A DNA stretch of 64,000 nucleotides from Phaeosaccion multiseriatum (Eukaryota > Protista > Ochrophyta, other classes): positions 3,038,001 through 3,102,000 of the forward strand of contig OZ218957.1 in assembly GCA_965112735.1 (NCBI GenBank). The letters are read 5' to 3'. Position 1 is the first letter of the stretch, and every line of letters starts with the position of its first letter. The translations under genes were made by a program, and so were the position numbers. This document shows positions 46,701 to 58,800 of the stretch, in pieces. The notes under the pieces were generated by a model, which had not been told where the DNA came from, did no database searches, and saw only the letters and a list, made by a program, of their open reading frames with translations.

Positions 46701-49200
46701 CACGCACTCGCTCACTCACTCACTCACTGTCTCACTCACTGACTCACTCACTGACTCACTCCCTCACTCACTCACTCACTCACTCACTCACTCACTCACT
46801 CACTCACTCACTCACTCACTCACTCACTCACTCACTCACTCACTCACTCACTCACTCACTCACTCACTCACTCACTCACTCACTCACTCACTCACTCACT
46901 CACTCACTCACTCACTCACTCACTCACTCACTCACTCACTCACTCACTCACTCACTCACTCACTCACTCACTCACTCACTCACTCACTCACTCACTCACT
47001 CACTCACTCACTCACTCACTCACTCACTCACTCACTCACTCACTCACTCACTCCCTCACTCACTCACTCACGTCAGCTCACTCACTCACTCACTCACTCA
47101 TTCACTCACTTTCACTCACTCACTCACTCACTTCACTCACTCACTCACTCACACTCACTCACTCACTCACTCACTTCACTCACTCACTCACTCACTCATT
47201 CACTCACTCACTCACTCACTCACTCACTCACTCACTCACTCACACTCACTCACTCACTCACTCACTCACTCACTCACTCACTCACTCACTCACTCACTCA
47301 CTCACTCACTCACTCACTCACTCACTCACTCACTCACTCACTCACTCACTCACTCACTCACTCACTCACTCACTCACTCACTCACTCACTCACTCACTCA
47401 CTCACTCACTCACTCACTCACTCACTCACTCACTCACTCACTCACTCACTCACTCACTCACTCACTCACTCACTCACTCACTCACTCACTCACTCACTCA
47501 CTCACTCACTCACTCACTCACTCACTCACTCACTCACTCACTCACTCACTCACTCACTCACTCACTCACTCACTCACTCACTCACTCACTCACTCACTCA
47601 CTCACTCACTCACTCACTCACTCACTCACTCACTCACTCACTCCATTCACTCACTCACTCACTCACTCACTCACTCACTCACTCACTCACTCACTCACTC
47701 ACTCACTCACTCACTCACTCACTCACTCACTCACTCACTCACTCACTCACTCACTCACTCACTCACTCACTCACTCACTCACTCACTCACTCACTCACTC
47801 ACTCACTCACTCACTCACTCACTCACTCACTCACTCACTCACTCACTCACTCACTCACTCACTCACTCACTCACTCACTCACTCACTCACTCACTCACTC
47901 ACTCACTCACTCACTCACTCACTCACTCACTCACTCACTCACTCACTCACTCACTCACTCACTCACTCACTCACTCACTCACTCACTCACTCACTCACTC
48001 ACTCACTCACTCACTCACTCACTCACTCACTCACTCACGCACTCACTCACTCACTCACTCACTCACTCACTCACTCACTCACTCACTCACTCACTCACTC
48101 ACTCACTCACTCACTCACTCACTCAATCCCTCAATCACGCAGTCACTCACTCACTCACTCACTCACTCAACCTTTCACTCACTCAGTCACTCACTCAGTC
48201 ACTCACTCACTCTCTCACTCGCTCACTCACTCACCTCTCTCACATAATCACTCACTCACTCACTCCCTCACGGACATAATCACTCACTCACTCACTCACT
48301 CACTCACTCACTCACTCACTCACTCACTCACTCACTCACTCACTCACTCACTCAGTCACTCACTCACTCACTCACTCACTCACCCTTTCACTCACTCACT
48401 CACTCACTCACTCACTCACTCACTCACTCACTCACTCACTCACTCACTCACTCACTCACTCACTCACTCACTCACTCACTCACTCACTCACTCACTCACT
48501 CACTCACTCACTCACTCACTCACTCACTCACTCACTCACTCACTCACTCACTCACTCACTCACTCACTCACTCACTCACTCACTCACTCACTCACTCACT
48601 CACTCACTCACGCACTCACTCACTCACGCACTCACTCACTCACTCACTCACTCACTCACTCACTCACTCACTCCCTCACTCACTCATTCACTCACTCACT
48701 CACTCACTCACTCAATCCCTCAATCACGCAGTCACTCACTCACTCACTCACTCACTCAACCTTTCACTCACTCAGTCAGTCAGTCACTCACTCACTCTCT
48801 CACTCGCTCACTCACTACCTCTCTCACATAATCACTCACTCACTCACTCCCTCACGGACATAATCACTCACTCACTCACTCTCTCACTCACTCACTCACT
48901 CACTCACTCGCTCACCCATTCACTCACCCTTTCACTCACTCAGTCATTCACTCGCTCACCCATTCACTCACCCTTTCACTCAGTCACTCAGTCACTCACT
49001 CACTCACTCACTCACTCACTCACTCACTCACTCACTCACTCACTCACTCACTCACTCACTCACTCACTCACTCACTCACTCACTCACTCACTCACTCACT
49101 TACTCACTCACTCACATAATCACTGAGTTACTTACTTACTCATTCACTTACTCCCTAACTTACTCACTCACTTATTCCCTATCTTCTCACTTCATACACG
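43800..49200 (+). repeat. (CACT)n satellite, left arm
   Basis: About 5.4 kb of the tetramer with recurring variant blocks (CCCATT, CCCTTT, AATCCC, GCTTC, CAGT runs). Confidence 0.97.
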
Positions 49201-49328
49201 CACTCACGCTCTTGAGCCCGCCTACACCCCTGGCTCCTTTCTCACAAACGCCCCACCCACTCCCTCACTCACTCGCTCACTCACTCCCTTCCTGCCTCGA
49301 GAGAACGAGGAAGATAAGGAGGAGAATG

Positions 49329-49663
49329 TGGAGGAGGAGGAGGAGGAGGAGGAGGAGGAGGAGGAGGAGGAGGAGGAGGAGGAGGAGGAGGAGGAGGAGG
49401 AGGAGGAGGAGGAGGAGGAGGAGGAGGAGAAGGAGGAGGAGGAGGAGGAGGAGGAGGAGGAGAAGGAGGAGGAGAAGGAGGAGGAGGAGGAGGAGGAGGA
49501 GGAGGATGAGGAGGAGGAGGAGGAGGAGGAGGAGGAGGAGGAGGAGGAGGAGGAGGAGGAGGAGGAGGAGGAGGAGGAGGAGGAGGAGGAGGAGGAGGAG
49601 GAGGAGGAGGAGGAGGAGGAGGAGGAGGAGGAGGAGGAGGAGGAGGAGGAGGAGGAGGAGGAG
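49329..49663 (+). repeat. (GAG)n core at the satellite strand switch
   Basis: About 110 triplets, nearly pure. Confidence 0.95.
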
Positions 49664-49869
49664 CGGGAGGCGGAGGGGTAGATGCCGCTTTCCTCGGCAT
49701 TCGTTTCCATCTCCTTCCTTTCACCTTCCTGCTGCTCCTTCTCGTCGTCGTCCGAGGAAGTGGGTGAGTGAGTGAGTGAATGGGTGAGTGAGTGAGTCAG
49801 TGAGAGGGACGTTTGTGAGAAACGGGCCAGGGAGTTTAGTCGGACTCGAGTGCTTGAGTGAGTGTATGA

Positions 49870-52800
49870 AGTTAGTGAGTGATTTTGTGAGGGAATTGAG
49901 TGAGTGAATGAGTGAGTGAGTGAGTGAGTGCGTGAATGAGTGAATGAGTGAGTGAGTGAGTATGTGAGTGAGTGGGTGAGTGAGTGAGTGAATCAGTGAG
50001 TGGGTGAGCGAGTGAGTGATTGATTGAGTGAGTGAGTGAGTGACTGACTGACTGACTGACTGAGTGAGTGAAAGGGTGAGTGAGTGAGTGAGTGAGTGAG
50101 TGAGTGAGTGCGTGAGTGAGTGAGTGAGTGAGTGAGTGAGTGAGTGAGGGAGTCATTAAGGGATTGAGTGTGTGAGTGAGTGCGTGAGTGAGTGACTGAC
50201 TGACTGACTGAGTGAGTGAAAGGGTGAGTGAATGGGTGAGCGAGTGAGTGAGTGAAGCACCCGTGAATGGGTGAGTGAGCGAGTGAGTGGGTGAGTGAGA
50301 GCGTGAGTGAGTGAGTGAGTGAGTGAGTGAGTGAGTGAGTGAGTGAGTGAAATGCTGAGTGAGTGAGTGAGTGAGTGAGTGAGTGAGTGAGTGAGTGAGT
50401 GAAGGAGTGAGTGATTGATTGATTGAGTGAGTGAGTGAGTGAGTGAGGGATTGAGTGAGTGAGTGAGTGAGTGAGTTAGAGAGTGAGTGAGTGAGGGAGT
50501 GAGTGAGTGAGTGAGTGAGTGAGTCAGTGAGGGAGTGAGTGAGTGAGTGAGTGAGAGAAGGGGTAAGTGAATGGGTGAGCGAGTGAGTGAGTGAAGCAGT
50601 GAATGGGTGAGTGCGTGAGTGAGTGAGTGAGTGAGTGAATGGATAAGTGAGTGAGTGAGTGAGTGAGTGAGTGAGTGAGTGGGTGAGTGAGTGAGTGAGT
50701 GAGTGAGTGAGTGAGTGAGTGAGTGAGTGAGTGAGTGAGTGAGTGAGTGAGTGAGTGAGTGAGTGAGTGAGTGAGTGAGTCAGTGAGTGAGTGAGTGAGT
50801 GAGTGAGTGAGTGAGTGAGTGAGTGAGTGAGTGAGTGAGTGAGTGAGTGACTGAGTGAGTGAGTGAGTGAGTGAGTGAGTGGGTGAGTCAGTGAGTGAGT
50901 GAGTGAGTGAGTGAGTGGGTGAGTGAGTGAGTGAGTGAGTGAGTGAGTGAGTGAGTGAATGAGTGAGTGAGTGAGTGAGTGAGTGAGTGAGTGAGTGAGT
51001 GAGTGAGTGAGTGACTGAGTGAGTGAGTGAGTGAGTGAGTGAGTGGGTGAGTCAGTGAGCGAGTGAGTGAGTGAGTGGGTGAGTGAGTGAGTGAGTGAGT
51101 GAGTGAGTGAGTGAGTGAATGGATGTGAGTGAGTGAGTGAGTGAGTGAGTGAGTGAGTGAGGGAGTGAGTGGGTGAGTGAGTGAGTGAGGGAGGGAGTGA
51201 GTGAGTGAGTGAGTGAGTGAGTGAGTGAGTGAGTGAGTGAGTGAGTGAGTGAGTGAGTGAGTGAGTGAGTGAGTGAGTGAGTGAGTGAGTGAGTGATTGA
51301 GTGAGTGAGTGATTGAGTGAGTGAGTGAGTAAGGGATTGAGTGAGTGAGTGAGTGAGTGAGTGGGTGAGTGAGTGAGTGAGTGAGTGAGTGAGTGAGTGA
51401 GTGAGTGAGTGAGTGAATGGATGAGTGAGTGAGTGAATGAGTGAGTGAGTGAGTGAGTGAGTGAGGGAGGGAGTGAGTGGGTGAGTGAGTGAGTGAGTGA
51501 GTGAGTGAGTGAGGGAGTGAGTGAGTGAGTGAGTGAGTGAGTGAGTGAGTGAGTGAGTGAGTGAGTGAGTGAGTGATTGAGTGAGTGAGTGAGTGAGTGA
51601 GTGAGTGAGTGAGTGAGTGAAATGGTGAGTGAGTGAGTGAGTGAGTGAGTGACTGACTGACTGACTGACTGAGTGAGTGAAAGGTTGAGTGAGTGAGTGA
51701 GTGAGTGAGTGAGTGAGTGAGTGAGTGATTGAGTGAGTGAGTGATTGAGTGAGTGAGTGAGTAAGGGATTGAATGAGTGAGTGAGTGAGTGAGTGACTGA
51801 CTGACTGAGTGACTGAAAGGGTGAGTGAATGGGTGAGCGAGCGAGTGAGTGAAGCAGTGAATGGGTGAGTGCGTGAGTGAGTGAGTGAGTGAGTGAATGG
51901 ATAAGTGAGTGAGTGAGTGAGTGAGTGAGTGAGTGAGTGAGTGAGTGAGTGGGTGAGTGAGTGAGTGAGTGAGTGAGTGAGTGAGTGAGTGAGTGAGTGA
52001 GTGAGTGTGTGAGTGAGTGAGTGAGTGAGTGAGTGAGTTAGAGAGTAAGTGAGTGAGGGAGTGAGTGAGTGAGTGAGTGAGTGAGTGAGTGAGTGAGTGA
52101 GTGAGTGAGTGAGTGAGTGAGTGAGCGAGTGAGGGAGTGATTAAGGGATTGAGTGTGTGAGTGAGTGCGTGAGTGACTGACGGACTGACTGACTGAGTTA
52201 GTGAAAGGGTGAGTGAATGGGGGAGCGAGTGAGTGAGTGAAGCCGCCGTGAATGGGTGAGTGAGAGAGTGAGTGGGTGAGTGAATGGGGGAGCGAGAGAG
52301 TGAGTGAGTGAGTGAGTGAGTGAGTGAGTGAGTGAAGGAGTGAGTGAGTGAAGCAGGGAATGGGTGAGTGAGTGAGTGAGTGAGTGAGTGAGTGAGTGAG
52401 TGAGTGAGTGAGTGAGTGAGTGAGTGAGTGAGTGAGTGAGTGGGTGAGTCAGTGAGTGAGTGAGTGAGTGAGTGGGTGAGTGAGTGAGTGAGTGAGTGAG
52501 TGAGTGAGTGAGTGAATGAGTGAGTGAGTGAGTGAGTGAGTGAGTGAGTGAGTGAGTGAGTGAGTGACTGAGTGAGTGAGTGAGTGAGTGAGTGAGTGGG
52601 TGAGTCAGTGAGCGAGTGAGTGAGTGAGTGGGTGAGTGAGTGAGTGAGTGAGTGAGTGAGTGAGTGAGTGAATGGATGTGTGAGTGAGTGAGTGAGTGAG
52701 TGAGTGAGTGAGTGAGTGAGTGAGGGAGTGAGTGGGTGAGTGAGTGAGTGAGGGAGTGAGTGAGTGAGTAAGTGAGTGAGTGAGTGAGTGAGTGAGTGAG

Positions 52801-55800
52801 TGAGTGAGTGAGTGATTGAGTGAGTGAGTGATTGAGTGAGTGAGTGAGTTAGAGAGTAAGTGAGTGAGGGAGTGAGTGAGTGAGTGAGTGAGTGAGTGAG
52901 TGAGTGAGTGAGTGAGTGAGTGAGCGAGTGAGGGAGTGATTAAGGGATTGAGTGTGTGAGTGAGTGCGTGAGTGACTGACGGACTGACTGACTGAGTGAG
53001 TGAAAGGGTGAGTGAATGGGGGAGCGAGTGAGTGAGTGAAGCCGCCGTGAATGGGTGAGTGAGAGAGTGAGTGGGTGAGTGAGTGAGTGAGTGATTGAGT
53101 GAGTGAGTGATTGAGTGAGTGAGTGAGTAAGGGATTGAATGAGTGAGTGAGTGAGTGAGTGACTGACTGACTGAGTGACTGAAAGGGTGAGTGAATGGGT
53201 GAGCGAGCGAGTGAGTGAAGCAGTGAATGGGTGAGTGCGTGAGTGAGTGAGTGAGTGAATGAATGGATAAGTGAGTGAGTGAGTGAGTGAGTGAGTGAGT
53301 GAGTGAGTGAGTGGGTGAGTGAGTGAGTGAGTGAGTGAGTGAGTGAGTGAGTGAGTGAGTGAGTGAATGGATGAGTGAGTGAGTGAGTGAGTGAGTGAGT
53401 GAGTGAGTGAGTGAGTGAGGGAGGGAGTGAGTGGGTGAGTGAGTGAGTGAGTGAGTGAGTGAGTGAGTGAGGGAGTGAGTGAGTGAGTGAGTGAGTGAGT
53501 GAGTGAGTGAGTGAGTGAGTGATTGAGTGAGTGAGTGAGTGAGTGAGTGAGTGAGTGAGTGAGTGAGTGAGTGAGTGAAATGGTGAGTGAGTGAGTGAGT
53601 GAGTGAGTGAGTGACTGACTGACTGACTGAGTGAGTGAAAGGTTGAGTGAGTGAGTGAGTGAGTGAGTGAGTGAGTGAGTGAGTGAGTGAGTGAGTGATT
53701 GAGTGAGTGAGTGATTGAGTGAGTGAGTGAGTAAGGGATTGAATGAGTGAGTGAGTGAGTGAGTGACTGACTGACTGAGTGACTGAAAGGGTGAGTGAAT
53801 GGGTGAGCGAGCGAGTGAGTGAAGCAGTGAATGGGTGAGTGCGTGAGTGAGTGAGTGAGTGAGTGAATGGATAAGTGAGTGAGTGAGTGAGTGAGTGAGT
53901 GAGTGAGTGAGTGAGTGGGTGAGTGAGTGAGTGAGTGAGTGAGTGAGTGAGTGAGTGAGTGAGTGAGTGAGTGAGTGAGTGAGTTAGAGAGTAAGTGAGT
54001 GAGGGAGTGAGTGAGTGAGTGAGTGAGTGAGTGAGTGAGTGAGTGAGTGAGTGAGTGAGCGAGTGAGGGAGTGATTAAGGGATTGAGTGTGTGAGTGAGT
54101 GCGTGAGTGACTGACGGACTGACTGACTGAGTGAGTGAAAGGGTGAGTGAATGGGGGAGCGAGTGAGTGAGTGAAGCCGCCGTGAATGGGTGAGTGAGAG
54201 AGTGAGTGGGTGAGTGAATGGGGGAGCGAGAGAGTGAGTGAGTGAGTGAGTGAGTGAGTGAGTGAGTGAGTGAATGAGTGAGTGAGTGAAGCAGGGAATG
54301 GGTGAGTGAGTGAGTGAGTGAGTGAGTGAGTGAGTGAGTGAGTGAGTGAGTGAGTGAGTGAGTGAGTGAGTGAGTGAGTGAGTGGGTGAGTCAGTGAGTG
54401 AGTGAGTGAGTGAGTGGGTGAGTGAGTGAGTGAGTGAGTGAGTGAGTGAGTGAATGAGTGAGTGAGTGAGTGAGTGAGTGAGTGAGTGAGTGAGTGAGTG
54501 AGTGAGTGACTGAGTGAGTGAGTGAGTGAGTGAGTGAGTGGGTGAGTCAGTGAGCGAGTGAGTGAGTGAGTGGGTGAGTGAGTGAGTGAGTGAGTGAGTG
54601 AGTGAGTGAGTGAATGGATGAGTGAGTGAGTGAGTGAGTGAGTGAGTGAGTGAGTGAGTGAGTGAGTGAGTGAGGGAGTGAGTGGGTGAGTGAGTGAGTG
54701 AGGGAGTGAGTGAGTGAGTGAGTGAGTGAGTGAGTGAGTGAGTGAGTGAGTGAAAGAGTGAGTGATTGAGTGAGTGAGTGATTGAGTGAGTGAGTGAGTA
54801 AGGGATTGAGTGAGTGAGTGAGTGAGTGAGTGGGTGAGTGAGTGAGTGAGTGAGTGAGTGAGTGAGTGAGTGAGTGAGTGAGTGAGTGAATGGATGAGTG
54901 AGTGAGTGAGTGAGTGAGTGAGTGAGTGAGTGAGTGAGGGAGTGAGTGGGTGAGTGAGTGATTGAGTGAGTGAGTGAGTGAGTGAGTGAGTGAGTGAGTG
55001 AGCGAGTGAGGGAGTGATTAAGGGATTGAGTGTGTGAGTGAGTGCGTGAGTGACTGACGGACTGACTGACTGAGTGAGTGAAAGGGTGAGTGAATGGGGG
55101 AGCGAGTGAGTGAGTGAAGCCGCCGTGAATGGGTGAGTGAGAGAGTGAGTGGGTGAGTGAGTGAGTGAGTGATTGAGTGAGTGAGTGATTGAGTGAGTGA
55201 GTGAGTAAGGGATTGAATGAGTGAGTGAGTGAGTGAGTGACTGACTGACTGAGTGACTGAAAGGGTGAGTGAATGGGGGAGCGAGAGAGTGAGTGAGTGA
55301 GTGAGTGAGTGAGTGAGTGAGTGAAGGAGTGAGTGAGTGAAGCAGGGAATGGGTGAGTGAGTGAGTGAGTGAGTGAGTGAGTGAGTGAGTGAGTGAGTGA
55401 GTGAGTGAGTGAGTGAGTGAGTGAGTGGGTGAGTCAGTGAGTGAGTGAGTGAGTGAGTGGGTGAGTGAGTGAGTGAGTGAGTGAGTGAGTGAGTGAGTGA
55501 ATGAGTGAGTGAGTGAGTGAGTGAGTGAGTGAGTGAGTGAGTGAGTGAGTGAGTGAGTGAGTGAGTGAGTGAGTGAGTGAGTGGGTGAGTGAGTGAGTGA
55601 GTGAGTGAGTGAGTGGGTGAGTGAGTGAGTGAGTGAGTGAGTGAGTGAGTGAGTGAATGGATGTGTGAGTGAGTGAGTGAGTGAGTGAGTGAGTGAGTGA
55701 GTGAGTGAGGGAGTGAGTGGGTGAGTGAGTGAGTGAGTGAGTGAGTGAGTGAGTGAGTGAGTGAGTGAGTGAGTGAGTGAGTGAGTGAGTGAGTGAGTGA

Positions 55801-58800
55801 GTGATTGAGTGAGTGAGTGATTGAGTGAGTGAGTGAGTTAGAGAGTAAGTGAGTGAGGGAGTGAGTGAGTGAGTGAGTGAGTGAGTGAGTGAGTGAGTGA
55901 GTGAGTGAGTGAGTGAGTGAGTGAGTGAGTGAGGGATTGAGTGAGTGAGTGAGTGCGTGAGTGACTGACGGACTGACTGACTGAGTGAGTGAAAGGGTGA
56001 GTGAATGGGGGAGCGAGTGAGTGAGTGAAGCCGCCGTGAATGGGTGAGTGAGAGAGTGAGTGGGTGAGTGAGTGAGTGAGTGATTGAGTGAGTGAGTGAT
56101 TGAGTGAGTGAGTGAGTAAGGGATTGAATGAGTGAGTGAGTGAGTGAGTGACTGACTGACTGAGTGACTGAAAGGGTGAGTGAATGGGTGAGCGAGCGAG
56201 TGAGTGAAGCAGTGAATGGGTGAGTGCGTGAGTGAGTGAGTGAGTGAATGAATGGATAAGTGAGTGAGTGAGTGAGTGAGTGAGTGAGTGAGTGAGTGAG
56301 TGAGTGAGTGAGTGAGTGAGTGAGTGAGTGAGTGAGTGAGTGAGTGAGTGAGTGAATGGATGAGTGAGTGAGTGAGTGAGTGAGTGAGTGAGTGAGTGAG
56401 TGAGTGAGGGAGGGAGTGAGTGGGTGAGTGAGTGAGTGAGTGAGTGAGTGAGTGAGGGAGTGAGTGAGTGAGTGAGTGAGTGAGTGAGTGAGTGAGTGAG
56501 TGAGTGATTGAGTGAGTGAGTGAGTGAGTGAGTGAGTGAGTGAGTGAGTGAGTGAGTGAGTGAAATGGTGAGTGAGTGAGTGAGTGAGTGAGTGAGTGAC
56601 TGACTGACTGACTGAGTGAGTGAAAGGTTGAGTGAGTGAGTGAGTGAGTGAGTGAGTGAGTGAGTGAGTGAGTGAGTGAGTGAGTGAGTGAGTGAGTGAT
56701 TGAGTGAGTGAGTGAGTAAGGGATTGAATGAGTGAGTGAGTGAGTGAGTGACTGACTGACTGAGTGACTGAAAGGGTGAGTGAATGGGTGAGCGAGCGAG
56801 TGAGTGAAGCAGTGAATGGGTGAGTGCGTGAGTGAGTGAGTGAGTGAGTGAATGGATAAGTGAGTGAGTGAGTGAGTGAGTGAGTGAGTGAGTGAGTGAG
56901 TGGGTGAGTGAGTGAGTGAGTGAGTGAGTGAGTGAGTGAGTGAGTGAGTGAGTGAGTGAGTGAGTGAGAGAGTGAGTGAGTGAGGGAGTGAGTGAGTGAG
57001 TGAGTGAGTGAGTGAGTGAGTGAGTGAGTGAGTGAGTGAGTGAGTGAGTGAGTGAGTGATTAAGGGATTGAGTGTGTGAGTGAGTGAGTGAGTGAGTGAC
57101 GGACTGACTGACTGAGTGAGTGAAAGGGTGAGTGAATGGGGGAGCGAGTGAGTGAGTGAAGTGCCGTGAATGGGTGAGTGAGAGAGTGAGTGAGTGAGTG
57201 AATGGGTGAGTGAGTGAGTGAGTGAGTGAGTGAGTGAGTGAGTGAGTGAGTGAGTGAAGTGAGTGAGTGAGTGAAGCAGGGAATGAGTGAGTGAGTGAGT
57301 GAGTGAGTGAGTGAGTGAGTGAGTGAGTGAGTGAGTGAGTGAGTGAGTGAGTGAGTGAGTGAGTGAGTGAGTGAGTGAGTGAGTGAGTGAGTGAGTGAGT
57401 GGGTGAGTGAGTGAGTGAGTGAGTGAGTGAGTGAGTGAGTGAGTGAGTGAGTGAGTGAGTGAGTGAGTGAGTGAGTGAGTGAGTGAGTGAGTGAGTGAGT
57501 GAGTGAGTGAGTGAGTGAGTGAGTGAGTGAGTGAGTGAGTGAGTGAGTGAGTGAGTGAGTGGGTGAGTGAGTGAGTGAGTGAGTGAGTGAGTGAGTGAGT
57601 GAATGGATGTGTGAGTGAGTGAGTGAGTGAGTGAGTGAGTGAGTGAGTGAGTGAGTGAGTGAGTGAGTGAGTGGGTGAGTGAGTGAGTGAGGGAGTGAGT
57701 GAGTGAGTGAGTGAGTGAGTGAGTGAGTGAGTGAGTGAGTGAGTGAGTGAGTGAGTGAGTGAGTGAGTGATTGAGTGAGTGAGTGAGTAAGGGATTGAGT
57801 GAGTGAGTGAGTGAGTGAGTGGGTGAGTGAGTGAGTGAGTGAGTGAGTGAGTGAGTGAGTGAGTGAGTGAGTGAGTGAATGGATGAGTGAGTGAGTGAGT
57901 GAGTGAGTGAGTGAGTGAGTGAGGGAGTGAGTGGGTGAGTGAGTGATTGAGTGAGTGAGTGAGTGAGTGAGTGAGTGAGTGAGTGAGCGAGTGAGGGAGT
58001 GATTAAGGGATTGAGTGTGTGAGTGAGTGCGTGAGTGACTGACGGACTGACTGACTGAGTGAGTGAAAGGGTGAGTGAATGGGGGAGCGAGTGAGTGAGT
58101 GAAGCCGCCGTGAATGGGTGAGTGAGAGAGTGAGTGGGTGAGTGAGTGAGTGAGTGAGTGAGTGAGTGAGTGAGTGAGTGAGTGAGTGAGTAAGGGATTG
58201 AATGAGTGAGTGAGTGAGTGAGTGACTGACTGACTGAGTGACTGAAAGGGTGAGTGAATGGGTGAGCGAGCGAGTGAGTGAAGCAGTGAATGGGTGAGTG
58301 CGTGAGTGAGTGAGTGAGTGAGTGAATGGATAAGTGAGTGAGTGAGTGAGTGAGTGAGTGAGTGAGTGAGTGAGTGAGTGAGTGGGTGAGTGAGTGAGTG
58401 AGTGAGTGAGTGAGTGAGTGAGTGAGTGAGTGAGTGAATGGATGAGTGAGTGAGTGAGTGAGTGAGTGAGTGAGTGAGGGAGGGAGTGAGTGAGTGAGTG
58501 AGTGAGTGAGTGAGTGAGTGAGTGAGTGAGTGAGAGTGAGTGAGTGAGTGAGTGAGTGAGTGAGTGAGTGAGTGAGTGAGTGAGTGAGTGAGTGAGTGAG
58601 TGAGTGAGTGAGTGAGTGAGTGAGTGAGTGAGTGAGTGAGTGAGTGAGTGAGTGAGTGAAATGAGTGAGTGAGTGAGTGAGTGAGTGAGTGAGTGACTGA
58701 CTGACTGACTGAGTGAGTGAAAGGTTGAGTGAGTGAGTGAGTGAGTGAGTGAGTGAGTGAGTGAGTGAGTGAGTGAGTGAGTGATTGAGTGAGTGAGTGA

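Noticed and set aside
49212-49775. Poly-Glu/Arg/Ser/Pro ORFs at the satellite centre
   Set aside because: Frames of a pure (GAG)n tract. No credible gene structure, although the adjacent 90 bp could be an exon fragment.
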